Assembly (NCBI RefSeq): GCF_018977255.1
Contig: NW_024704742.1
Span: 39,062,001-39,126,000, forward strand
Direction of reading: 5' to 3'
DNA: 64,000 bases
Origin: Callorhinchus milii
Taxonomy: Eukaryota
Shown in pieces: positions 36,301-50,300 of this stretch. The translations under genes and the position numbers were made by a program. The notes below the pieces were generated by a model. The model made no database searches, was not told where the DNA came from, and saw nothing but the letters and a program-made list of their open reading frames with translations. The first letter of the stretch is position 1. Every line of letters begins with the position of its first letter.

Positions 36301-39300
36301 AAATTTTGAAAATATACAAAACAGAAAGTTAACTGGAAAATATATTTATATAAAATGAAATCAAACAACTGATAAACATGTAATAAAAATCAAACCAATG
36401 GCACAAGTCCTCGTCATTTTGTTTGTCAGAAACAACCCCACAAAGTTTGGCTTTGAAACTGTCAAAAAGGCGCAATGCGTTTGCTGCTGCATTTGATTAT
36501 GTGAAAATCAACTTTCATCTATGCGTCGTTTAACACACCAAAACATCAAAGAGTGATGCATTATCATTTTTTTAAAAAATTAAAAACGGCAACAATTCCT
36601 CTTGAGAGTCTATGATGCATCCGTCTTGTAACTGGCTAACCGTTTTAAACACAAATCAATGCACAGAGAAAATAAAAGAGAGAACATGTATTAAAAAAAC
36701 AAAGAAAACATCATTGTATATACTCAAAACACTTGTGTTTGAACATTCATTGAGATATTACAGACATGGCAAAGCATGTATCTGAATAATATATTTTCAC
36801 CACTGGAGCACACAAATTATTTTATTGCAAAGGCATAATACAAGGCATAATCCTTGTACGTAATACAAGTTGAAGGAAAGGGCCATTAGGCTTTTCTCAG
36901 GTGTGTATTGGATCATCACATTTGCCAATAGTTCATTTGATGGGCTTTGTAGGTAGCAAGAAACTATTCTCATCTGCCAACACATGCCATTTCATCAGTA
37001 CATTATGGAAGTGAAGGTTGCCCACTCCATCCCATTACACCACCACCCCCTTTCCCCACAAGAACGCATCCCCAGCTTAAACATTTGAGCCTGTGATAAA
37101 CCTGGGGAGGCAAGATGTTGTTTTTCCTGTAATTTCCATTACTCACGCTCTTGCATATCTTGTTTTGTGAACATAATTCACATTGTGAATATAATTCCAA
37201 GCCAGTCAAGATTCATATGGCACAATTATCTTTTCATAGTGTAAAGCAGCTGAATAAGCTTTGGAATAACCAATGTCCAACAGACAGCTGACCGGAGTAA
37301 ATACATGTTAAACAAGTTGACACATCAGAAGTTTTACAGCATTTCTCCTTATTAAATTAATATGTAATATTTATTGTAAGTTCCATAATGTACTTCAAAT
37401 CCTAGACAAGAATAGTGAAAATAAAGTTACATTAGAATATTCCAATACGATAAATATGTTTGTCATGTTTCTAGAATACTATGTGTCTGAAATAAATATT
37501 TCTAAATTGTTTTTACCATGGTATTTTTGTGGACCCTTGTGTTTTATTATTCAAAGTGGGTGGATATGATATGATGCTATATACAGATACTCCAGAAGTA
37601 AATTCTACACGTTGACTATGTCACACTTGTGCTACCCAATGCCCCTTTTCCAAGCTTGAAGTCTTTACTTTGATGGCATATTCGGCAGTAAATACATACA
37701 TGTCTTCAGGGCGATAAAGGTTATTTCAGCATTAAATGGGGGTCAATTCCAGAAAAAATAGAATGGGGATGATTTTATTTATAAATTCATGATGTTATTT
37801 ATTGAGCTTCAATTTATACCAACTAACACTGTTCCTGTGTGAAGCATCATCAATAGGGGCACTTGCTACGGCATATTAAAGCAGATGCGGAAGCTGAGAC
37901 AATAAAATGGCCGGCATAGTTTTACTGCTTTGAACAGGCAGTCAAGTTTTTCTACAGATTTACAACTAAAAGAATCCTGTATAAAGCTTAAGTAATGGGG
38001 CAAAATAAATAACTGGTAACAGATTTCTCACAATCTCATTAAACAATAAATTTTGTGCACTTCTTTGCCCTCAAGATTGTTGTATTTACGGTCCTGCACG
38101 CCATTTCACTGGAGTAAATGATGCAATACCTGTTGGTACAATTTATTAGGACAGAATCTGGAAAGCACATTTTTCAAGTGCGTTAATCTCTTTACTTCAA
38201 CATGAGTGCTGAATGCTGATGCGACTGAGTGGGTATGTTTTCAACTCGGCCATATCACCACTTGAAGGGCACTGTACCAAAGGCAGAGACGGCTCAGGTA
38301 GATACCAACCGTTCTGCAGTCAGTATACAGCAGCAAAATTAACTTGATACACTGGAATTTAAATAAGAATTAGTTAGAATTGTTTAAAGAGATATGTTTT
38401 TGTGGATAGAGGGATTGGGGGATATGGCGGGTAAATGAAGTTAGAATAGATCAGCCATTATCTTGTTGAATGGCGGGGCAGGCTAGAGGGCTGAATGGCC
38501 TACTCCTGCTCCTAATTCTTATGTTCTTATGGTTTTTTTGAGCCAAGTTAATTGAAATGAAATCTCAACTACTGAGCAGCATGACAAGCGGTTTCCTCAG
38601 TACAACCTGAAAACTCAATTCACTGTAGTTCAAACATACATCGCGGCTTCAGACATAACAATGGGTTGCATAAAATATTCTCACCATTTAAAAAATGCTG
38701 GTTTTATGAACCACGATCACAAGTACGCATTTCAAAATAACACTAAAATATATATATTTTAAAAATCATGCGGAATGGTGAAAGTTAGAAAATAAAGCTT
38801 AACTGATATTCAATATATAAAACTTTAAAAAATTATGCCAATTGTCCACAAAAAAGGATAAACCACGAGAAACTGGAGCAGCATGGTGATGTTGTAAAAA
38901 TATAAGGACTTGTCTTGGTATTTAAACCAAAGTTCTCATTCTGTGCCTACATTCCCTTAATATTATATTCTCATAAAGCGGAGTAGATGTCAAAACTGCA
39001 TGTAGTAGCCTGATAAGCCTATATCCCTTTCATTGGATTTCATGTTAAACATGTTCTGTCTATACACTGTAAAAAATACCAAAGTAAACAGAGACTTAAA
39101 AGTGACGCATTGTGGAGGGTGTGGAAGAGAGGAAGAGAGTTCATGTTTTATATCAAGGGGATCAGGAGATGCCCATGAGCTACATCTCCATTTGACAACA
39201 CCCTCCCATGGTTTGTGTACCCAAATCTGCTATCCAGAAAGGTACAGTATTGTGAAGCAATCCGGAAAAGTATTTCCAAAAGCTCAAAAATAAAATGAAG

Positions 39301-41351
39301 AATTGAATGCCTGCTTAGTTAAGGCTGAGTCATAATCTGCTGTTGAATGTTGTCAACTGAAGTCAACAATTTCATCATCAATGTACAGTATAAACCACAA
39401 ACCACAGCTACAACCATCCACAGGCATGGTACAAAAACAAAGCACATCACTGATCACTTATATGCTTTCATCTTCATTTACAAACTGCTTAATAAAATGT
39501 GATATAAGATATAATATCAAGATTCAACTTATAAGGAGCTTCTTGCACTTTGGGTAAAAAAAGCTAGCGTGAATGTTTTGCTTCTAAAAATAAAAATGAT
39601 TTGGATACCAAGTTACTTGGATTCAGACTGCATGACTAAGATTTATGATTACTTTTAAAAGAAAAGGCTTTGTCTAAAACGGTTCTAAATTGTTGCCCAT
39701 GTTAAACCAAAGAGGGAGATGTTTTGTAAACAGTGATGGATAGTCGAGGATTAATATGAAGCGTGGTTGTTTGAACAGACCCCAAACAAAGCATAAGCAG
39801 TGGTAAAGTCAGTGCAAAAGGGACCTGGTGAAAGAAAGCGTACCGCATCAAGATCCGGCTTCAATCAACTGGAAAAAAGATCACTTTCCATATTGTCTAT
39901 AAAAGACAGTAAAATATAGAACACACACAATAATTATTAGCCAAGAACAAACTATGTTAAAATGCCTCAAATGGTAACATGTATACTCATTTTATATAAC
40001 ACTAGGCATCTGCATTTACATTTTGAATGACGAATGTATAAAGTAGTGAATCCGCAGCAAGTATTTGAGGCACAAAAGGTTTTTGTGCAGTATGCATAAA
40101 AATAGCATCCCTGTCACGTGCTTCGTAGAGCTTTTCAATACAATCCAAACGCCCCCAGCTTTTTTTATACACCGGAGTTTTCCTCTTCCTCATGGGTCAC
40201 AATCTTCAGTATATTCCTGCTACGAGTTGCCTCAAGAAATCGGATGCTTGTTCTGACACTAAATCCTCTCATTCAGAATCAAACCCAAATTATCTTCCTT
40301 CAGAGCAGTTAAAGAAGTCCAAATGTAGGTTGAAGGAGGTTCGAGTGCCATTGACCAATTGCATTCAGAAGCTGATGCTTCCATCTCACTCCGGGTTTCA
40401 CTCTCCTCTGTATTGCAGGTAGATCGTTCCTTAAACCCTGCGGGAACTTCAAAATCATTCTTTTTGTCCCTAAATCCTCTTAATGAAACGCTCCATCATT
40501 TAGCCATACAACGAAAACAGCCAACGCTTTCCAGCACTGCATTAGCCAACGAGTAGACTCTTAGAGCACGAAAACCGTGAACTTGATAACTTCATCATCC
40601 ACCGGAGTCAACACAAAACAAAAAAAAAACTAATTTTGCTATGGTTACTTGACCCACAGAATAGGATGCTGAACGACTGAAGTATATCTTGTATTTGTAA
40701 ATTCAACCCCCCTTTTTCCTCTGCATTCCTCTTATTTCTTTCTAGCAATGAGCCAGGGGTTTCCTCCCTTTAGATAAGGAAAGAAAACAGTAGTTCAGAG
40801 GCTGTTGCTTACAACTCCGTTTGGACAAGAGGTTAGTTTTGGAAGCAGTGAACAGTCATTTGACACACTCTATTTAGAACCAATATGAATCATCCTTTTT
40901 AGATGGAGATTGGAAGCAATGGTCCGTTATTTGTGATGACAGCAGATAAGGGCATTCCACACACGATTCATCTGTTTTCAGTCCATTTAGTCACAATCCA
41001 GATATATGTACGGATGGCACTTAACCATGCAAAAACACAAGCCAATGCAGAGCTCACAGACAGCTCCCGCGGATACATTCTTACATTGCGTTTTTTTTAC
41101 ACACACTACAAGTCTCTGACAGAATTGTTATCAGTCCATGTACAATATACAACTTCCTACTATAAATAAGTAGAGAGCAGTTATGTGTTTCTTGACTTTT
41201 TAAACAGTTACCACTATAAATACAAAATGTGGAGCATTATATACAAACGTCATGCTTTCTGGTTAGATTCATCACTGCAAAAAAACACAAGACATACAAA
41301 CATTAAATGAAAGATTAGTATTAACAAATTACATTCGCATACACATCATCT
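33307..41351 (-). repeat. Right arm of inverted duplication: antisense copy of the col25a1 terminal exon/UTR (41274 down to ~36045), L2, LTR (33751-34925) and SINE
   Basis: Near-identical reverse complement of 24204-32252, with a few SNPs and 1-2 bp indels. Confidence 0.97.
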
Positions 41352-44300
41352 TGGGTGATATATACTTTTTTGTCCAAAAACTGGACGGAACCCATGTGGT
41401 CTCCTTCAACAAACCACAGCAGTAACAACGATGCTTCGGTCAGGTAAATAACATCCAAAAGAGGTAGCACTTACCAGAAAAATACGAACGAAAAAGCCAC
41501 TGTTCAGAAGATATGTGCATTTACTGTGCAACATCTTGATGGCATAAGATGTGGTATTCTCCAGCAAATCAACACAGTTGGAAGGAAGGTTCCAACAAAG
41601 TGAATGAAAGTTCGCTTCAGTAAATGTCATTGAAACAAGGTAGCAATTACCAGAAAGATATGCAAGAATATGTTATTGTTCTGGTGATATGTGGATTAAC
41701 TGACCAACATTTTGATGACATAAGACATGGCATCCTCCAGCAAATCATCATATTGGGAAGGAAGGTTCAGTCATTTAAATCACCCAAGCAAGGTAGCACT
41801 GACCAAAAAACACATTGAAAATGCTACTGTTTAGATGACGTGTGCCCTCAATCTACGGCAGTTCCCCGAAAACAGACATGGCCACATCCAACAAACTGAA
41901 TTAAGGTTCGGTCAGGTAAATATTGCCCAAACCAGTAGCACTTAGCAGAAAAATACTCAGGAAAATGCTACTGTTTGGGTTACAGGTGCCTCTGCTGGCC
42001 TATACCAGGATGGAATCAAATGTGGTCTCCTCCACCTTACCGTCACAGTTGGAAGGAAGGTTCGGTCAGGCAAATGTCGCCAAAAAAATAATAATAATAA
42101 TAATAATAATCCTTGCATTTGATATAGCGCTTTTCATGTCGGGAGGACGTCCCAAAGCACTTCACAGAACACACTGTAAAGTGAATTGACTGTATATTTG
42201 TGGGCGAACGCAGCAGCCAATTGCGCACAGCAATGTCCCACAAACAGTCGTAGATTGAAAATGACCAATTTATTATTGTTTTTGGGTTTGGAGGGATTAT
42301 TATTAGGCTCTGTGTGGAGTAAGGAAACTTGCCCAAGGTTTCGCCCTGCCTGGAATTGAACTCAGGTCTCTCACTTGCAAAGCGAGTGCTCTAACCACTG
42401 AGTTACAGGACTCCACTTTTTTAGTAAGTGCTACAAGGTTTGCCTTCAATCTACGGCATTTGCCTTTAATCTACGGCAGTTCCCCGGAACCAGACATGGC
42501 CTCCTACAGCAAAGTAACTGAAGGTTCAGTCAGGTAAACATTGCCCAAACCAGTAGCACTTAGCAGAAAAATACACAGGAAAATGCTACTGTTAGGGTGA
42601 TTTGTGCCTTTAGTGTTCAAAACCTTGATGTCCTCCACCAACTCATCAGACGGAATCTAGGTTTGGTCAGGTAAATGTCAACCAAACAAGGTAGCACTTA
42701 GCAGAAAACAAACAGAAAATGCTGCCGTTGAGGTCACATTTGCCACTAATCTACGGCAGTTCCCCGGAACCAGACATGGCCCCCTACAACAAACGGAATG
42801 AAGGTTCGTTCACGTAAACATTGCCAAAACAAGTAGCACTGACAAGAAAATTACTCAGCAAAATGCTACTGTTTGGGTGATATGTCCATTTACTGTACAA
42901 TACCTTGATGGCATAAGTCGAGGTATTCTCCCCCAATCTTACACAGTAGGAAAGAAGTTTCGGTCAGGTAAATGTCGCCCAAGCAATGTAGCACTTACTA
43001 AAAAACATAGAAAACGCTCCTGCGGAGGTGACATGTGCCTTTAATCTTCGGCAGTTCCACGGAACCAGACATGGCCTCCTACAACAACACTGAATGAAGG
43101 TTTGGTCAGGTAAATGTTGCCCTGACAAGTGGCACTTAGCAGAAACATACACAAGAAAATGCTTCTGTTAGGGTGATATGTGCCTTAGTGCTCAAAACGT
43201 TGATGTTCTCCACCACATCATCAGAGACAGAATCTAGATTTGGTCAGGTAAATGTCACCCAGACATGGTAGCGATAACCAAAAACACATGGAAATTGTTA
43301 CTGTTGAGGTGACATGTGCTTTAGTGTTCAAAACCTTGATGTCCTCCACCAAATCATCAGAGACGGAGTCTAGATTTGTTCAGGTAAATGTCGCCCAAAC
43401 AAGGTAGCACTTACCAAAATAGACATAGAAAATGCTACTGTTTCGGTCACATGTGCCACTAATCTACGGCAGTTCCCTGAAACCAGACATGGCCTCCTGC
43501 AACAAGCTGAATGAAGGTTCGGTCAGGTAAACATTGCCCAAACCAGTAGCACTTAGCAGAAAAATACACAGGAAAATGCTACTGTTTGGGTGATATGTGC
43601 CTTCAGTGTTCAAAACCTTGATGTCCTCCATCAAATCATCAGAGACGGAATCTAGATTTGTTCAGGTAAATGTCGCCCAAACAAGGTAGCACTTACCAAA
43701 AAAGACATAGAAAATGCTACTGTTGAGGTGACATGTGCCTTTAATCTACGGCCGTTCACCGGAACCTGACATGGCTTCCTACAACCACACTGAAGGAAGG
43801 TTCGGTCAGGAGAACGTTGCCCAAACAGGTAGCACTTATCTGAAAAATACACAGGAAAAAGCTACTGTTTGGGTTACATGTGCCTCTGCTGTCCTATACC
43901 CGGATGGAATCAAATGTGGTCTCCTTCACCTTACCGTCACAGTTGGAAAGAAGGTTCGGTCAGGTAAATGTCGCCCAAACAAGGTAGCACTTACCAAAAA
44001 ACACATAGAAAATGCTCCTGTTCAGGTGACATTTGCCTTTAATCCACAGCAGTTCGCCGGAAGCAAACATGGCCTCCTGCAACAAATTAACTGAAGGTTC
44101 GGTCAGGAAAACGTGGCCCAAACAGGTAGCACTTACCAGAAAACAAACAGAAAATGCTGCTGTTTAGGTGACATGTCCCTTCAATCTACAGCAATTCCAA
44201 ATCACCAGTCGTGGCCTCCTACAACAAACTGAACGGAGGTTCCTTCAGGTAAACATCGCCAAAACAAGTAGCACTTACCAGAAAATTACTCAGCAAAATG

Positions 44301-47300
44301 CTACTGTTTGGGTGATATGTCCATTTACTGTACAATACCTTGATGGCATAAGTCGAGGTATTCTCCTCCAATCTTTCACAGTAGGAAAGAAGTTTCGGTC
44401 AGGTAAATGTCACCAAAACAGGGTAGCACTTACTAAAAAACACATAGAAAATGCTCCTGCTGAGGTGACATGTGCTTTAGTGTTCAAAACCTTGATGTCC
44501 TCCACCAAATCATCAGAGACGGAATCTAGATTTGTTCAGGTAAATGTCGCCCAAACAAGGTAGCACTTACCAAAAAACACATAGAAAATGCTACTGTTTG
44601 GGTTACATGTGCCTCTGCTGTCCTATACCCGGATGGAATCAAATGTGGTCTCCTCCACCTTACCGTCACAGTTGGAAAGAAGGTTTAGGTCACATGTGCC
44701 ACTAATCTACGGCAGTTCCCTGAAACCAGACATGGCCTCCTGCAACAAGCTGAATGAAGGTTCGGTCAGGTAAACATTGCCCAAACCAGTAGCACTTAGC
44801 AGAAAAATACACAGGAAAATGCTACTGTTTGGGTGATATGTGCCTTTACTTTCCAACTCCTGGATGGAATCCAATGTGTTCCCCTTCAACAAACCAGCAC
44901 AGGAGAAGAGGCGTTTCAGTCAGGCAAATGTCATCCAAACTAGATAGCAATCCTGCAGAGATGAGGAGGAATGAAGAGCTGACTTACTTCACCATCTTCT
45001 CGTCTTCGTCTCAGTTTCACAATGTGATTTCTCCAAATGCCCAGACTTCATCTTTTATATATCTTCAGCTGAATATCTCTTCATCCTTTTCAATTCATTT
45101 TGGATAGGGTGATGTTGTTGCCCTTGGTTGACTTCAATATAGTTGACCAGTTATAAGTTATGATGTCTTTTGTTTGGGTGATAATGACTCCCTTTGTTAC
45201 CTGGGGTTCAGGTGACCTTTCTAATATGTTCACTTTCGAGTAAGAACTAAATATGCCTTTGTGTCTCCAATCTACAACAGTTCCGTGGGCTCCTCCAACA
45301 AAGGATGACTTTGGGAAGGAAGGGTCAGGTAAATGTCGCCCAAACAAGGTAGCACTTATTAAAAAACACATAGAAAATGCTGCTATTCAGGTGACATTTG
45401 CCTTTAATCTACGGCAGATGGCCGGAACCAGACATGGCCATCTACAAGAAACTAAATGAAGATTCGATCGGGTAGACGTTGCCCAAACAATTAGCACTTA
45501 GCAGAAACATGCACATGAAAATGCTACTGTTCGGGTGATATGTGCCTTTAGTGTTCAAAACCTTGATATCCTCCATCAAATCATCAGAGACGGAATCCAG
45601 ATTTGGTCAGGTAAATGTTGCCCAAACAAGGTAGCACTTACCAAAAACGACATAGAAAATGCTGCTGTTTAGGTGACATGTCCCTTCAATCTACAGCAAT
45701 TCCAAATCACCAGTCGTGGCCTCCTACAACAAACTGAACGGAGGTTCCTTCAGGTAAACATCGCCAAAACAAGTAGCACTTACCAGAAAATTACTCAGCA
45801 AAATGCTACTGTTTGGGTGATATGTCCATTTACTGCACAATACCTTGATGGCATAAGTCGAGGTATTCTCCCCCAATCTTTCACAGTAGGAAAGAAGTTT
45901 CGGTCAGGTAAAAGTCGCCGAAACAAGGTAGCACCAAAAAAGACATAGAAAATGCTACTGTTGAGGTGACATGTGCCTTTAATCTACGGCAGTTCCCCGG
46001 AACCTGACATGGCTTCCTACAACCACACTGAAGGAAGGTTCGGTCAGGAAAACGTTGCCCAAACAGGTAGCACTTATCTGAAAAATACACAGGAAAATGC
46101 TACTGTTTGGGTTACATGTGCCTCTGCTGTCCTATACCCGGATGGAATCAAATGTGGTCTCCTTCACCTTACCGTCACAGTTGGAAAGAAGGTTCGGTCA
46201 GGTAAATGTCGCCCAAACAAGGTAGCACTTACCAAAAAACACATAATAGAAAATGCTCCTGTTCAGGTGACATTTGCCTTTAATCTACAGCAGTTCGCCG
46301 GAAGCAGACATGGCCTCCTGCAACAAATTAACTGAAGGTTTGGTCAGGAAAACGTTGCCCAAACAGTTAGCACTTACCAGAAAACAAACAGAAAATGCTG
46401 CTGTTTAGGTGACATGTCCCTTCAATCTACAGCAATTCCAAATCACCAGTCGTGGCCTCCTACAACAAACTGAACGGAGGTTCCTTCAGGTAAACATCGC
46501 CAAAACAAGTAGCACTTACCAGAAAATTACTCAGCAAAATGCTACTGTTTGGGTGATATGTCCATTTACTGCACAATACCTTGATGGCATAAGTCGAGGT
46601 ATTCTCCCCCAATCTTTCACAGTAGGAAAGAAGTTTCGGTCAGGTAAATGTCGCCAAAACAAGGTAGCACTTGCCAAAAAACACATAGAAAATGCTACTG
46701 TTTAGGTGACATGTGCCTTTAATCTACGGCAGTTTCCCGGAACCTGACATGGCCTCCTACAACAAACTGAAGGAAGGTTCGGTCAGGTAAACGTTGCCCA
46801 AACAGGTAGCACTTATCTGAAAAATACACAGGAAAATGCTACTGTTTGGGTTATGTGTGCCTTCAGTGTTCAAAACCTTGATGTCCTCCACCTTATCATC
46901 ACAGTTGGAAAGAAGGTTTGGTCAGGTAAATGTCGCCCAAACAAGGTAGCACTTACCAAAAAAGACATAGAAAATGCTCCTGTTCAGGTGACATTTGCCT
47001 TTAATCTACAGCAGTTCGCCGGAAGCAGAACTGGCCTCCTGCAACAAATTAACTGAAGGTTCGGTCAGGAAAAGGTTGCCCAAACAAGGTAACACTTACC
47101 AAAAATGACATAGAAAATGCTACTGTTGAGGTGACGTGTGCGTTGAATCGACGGCAGTTCCCCGGAACCAAACATGGCATCCTACAAGAACACTGAATGC
47201 AGGATCGGTCAGGAAAACGTTGCCCAAACAGTTAGCACTTACCAGAAAACAAACAGAAAATGCTGCTGTTTAGGTGACATGTCCCTTCAATCCACAGCAA

Positions 47301-50300
47301 TTCCAAATCACCAGTCGTGGCCTCCTACAACAAACTGAACGGAGGTTCCTTCAGGTAAACATCGCCAAAACAAGTAGCACTTACCAGAAAATTACTCAGC
47401 AAAATGCTACTGTTTGGGTGATATGTCCATTTACTGCACAATACCTTGATGGCATAAGTCGAGGTATTCTCCCCAATCTTTCACAGTAGGAAAGAAGTTT
47501 CGGTCAGGTAAATGTCGCCAAAACAAGGTAGCACTTACTAAAAAACACATAGAAAATGCTCCTGCTGAGGTTGACATGTGCTTTAGTGTTCAAAACCTTG
47601 ATGTCCTCCACCAAATCATCAGAGACGGAATCTAGATTTGTTCAGGTAAATGTCGCCCAAACAAGGTAGCACTTACCAAAAAACACATAGAAAATGCTAC
47701 TGTTTGGGTTACATGTGCCTCTGCTGTCCTATACCCGGATGGAATCAAATGTGGTCTCCTCCACCTTACCGTCACAGTTGGAAAGAAGGTTTAGGTCACA
47801 TGTGCCACTAATCTACGGCAGTTCCCTGAAACCAGACATGGCCTCCTGCAACAAGCTGAATGAAGGTTCGGTCAGGTAAACATTGCCCAAACCAGTAGCA
47901 CTTAGCAGAAAAATACACAGGAAAATGCTACTGTTTGGGTGATATGTGCCTTTACTTTCCAACTCCTGGATGGAATCCAATGTGTTCCCCTTCAACAAAC
48001 CAGCACAGGAGAAGAGGCGTTTCAGTCAGGCAAATGTCATCCAAACTAGATAGCAATCCTGCAGAGATGAGGAGGAATGAAGAGCTGACTTACTTCACCA
48101 TCTTCTCGTCTTCGTCTCAGTTTCACAATGTGATTTCTCCAAATGCCCAGACTTCATCTTTTATATTTCTTCAGCTGAATATCTCTTCATCCTTTTCAAT
48201 TCATTTTGGATAGGGTGATGTTGTTGCCCTTGGTTGACTTCAATATAGTTGACCAGTTATAAGTTATGATGTCTTTTGTTTGGGTGATAATGACTCCCTT
48301 TGTTACCTGGGGTTCAGGTGACCTTTCTAATATGTTCACTTTCGAGTAAGAACTAAATATGCCTTTGTGTCTCCAATCTACAACAGTTCCGTGGGCTCCT
48401 CCAACAAAGGATGACTTTGGGAAGGAAGGGTCAGGTAAATGTCGCCCAAACAAGGTAGCACTTATTAAAAAACACATAGAAAATGCTGTTATTCAGGTGA
48501 CATTTGCCTTTAATCTACGGCAGATGGCCGGAACCAGACATGGCCATCTACAAGAAACTAAATGAAGATTCGATCGGGTAGACGTTGCCCAAACAATTAG
48601 CACTTAGCAGAAACATGCACATGAAAATGCTACTGTTCGGGTGATATGTGCCTTTAGTGTTCAAAACCTTGATGTCCTCCATCAAATCATCAGAGACGGA
48701 ATCCAGATTTGGTCAGGTAAATGTTGCCCAAACAAGGTAGCACTTACCAAAAACGACATAGAAAATGCTGCTGTTTAGGTGACATGTCCCTTCAATCTAC
48801 AGCAATTCCAAATCACCAGTCGTGGCCTCCTACAACAAACTGAACGGAGGTTCCTTCAGGTAAACATCGCCAAAACAAGTAGCACTTACCAGAAAATTAC
48901 TCAGCAAAATGCTACTGTTTGGGTGATATGTCCATTTACTGCACAATACCTTGATGGCATAAGTCGAGGTATTCTCACCCAATCTATCACAGCAGGAAAG
49001 AAGTTTCGGTCAGGTAAACATCGCCAAAACAAGTAGCACTCACCAGAAAATTACTCAGCAAAATGCTACTGTTTGGGTGATATGTCCATTTACTGCACAA
49101 TACCTTGATGGCATAAGTCGAGGTATTCTCCCCCAATCTTTCACAGTAGGAAAGAAGTTTCGGTCAGGTAAAAGTCGCCGAAACAAGGTAGCACTTACTA
49201 AAAAACATATAGAAAACGCTCCTGCTGAGGTGACATGTGCTTTAGTGTTCAAAACCTTGATGTCCTCCACCAAATCATCAGAGACGGAATCTAGATTTGT
49301 TCAGGTAAATGTCGCCCAAACAAGGTAGCACTTACCAAAAAAGACATAGAAAATGCTACTGTTGAGGTGACATGTGCCTTTAATCTACGGCAGTTCCCCG
49401 GAACCTGACATGGCTTCCTACAACCACACTGAAGGAAGGTTCGGTCAGGAAAACGTTGCCCAAACAGGTAGCACTTATCTGAAAAATACACAGGAAAATG
49501 CTACTGTTTGGGTTACATGTGCCTCTGCTGTCCTATACCCGGATGGAATCAAATGTGGTCTCCTTCACCTTACCGTCACAGTTGGAAAGAAGGTTCGGTC
49601 AGGTAAATGTCGCCCAAACAAGGTAGCACTTACCAAAAAACACATAATAGAAAATGCTCCTGTTCAGGTGACATTTGCCTTTAATCTACAGCAGTTCGCC
49701 GGAAGCAGACATGGCCTCCTGCAACAAATTAACTGAAGGTTTGGTCAGGAAAACGTTGCCCAAACAGTTAGCACTTACCAGAAAACAAACAGAAAATGCT
49801 GCTGTTTAGGTGACATGTCCCTTCAATCTACAGCAATTCCAAATCACCAGTCGTGGCCTCCTACAACAAACTGAACGGAGGTTCCTTCAGGTAAACATCG
49901 CCAAAACAAGTAGCACTTACCAGAAAATTACTCAGCAAAATGCTACTGTTTGGGTGATATGTCCATTTACTGTACAATACCTTGATGGCATAAGTCGAGG
50001 TATTCTCCTCCAATCTTTCACAGTAGGAAAGAAGTTTCGGTCTGGTAAATGTCGCCAAAACAGGGTAGCACTTACTAAAAAACACATAGAAAATGCTCCT
50101 GCTGAGGTGACATGTGCTTTAGTGTTCAAAACCTTGATGTCCTCCACCAAATCATCAGAGACGGAATCTAGATTTGTTCAGGTAAATGTCGCCCAAACAA
50201 GGTAGCACTTACCAAAAAACACATAGAAAATGCTACTGTTTATGTCACATGTGCCACTAATCTACGGCAGTTCCCTGAAACCAGACATGGCCTCCTGCAA

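Noticed and set aside
36045..41274. Second convergent col25a1 paralogue on the minus strand
   Set aside because: Only the terminal exon and 77 bp of intron are duplicated; no coding exons
42340..42414. tRNA-Ala(TGC) gene
   Set aside because: It is the head of a multi-copy SINE; no acceptor-stem closure, and it continues into the SINE body
43785..43825. Hammerhead-like words in satellite monomers (ctgaagga/ctgaatga..gaaaacgtt)
   Set aside because: No exact CUGANGA box and no stem II complementarity
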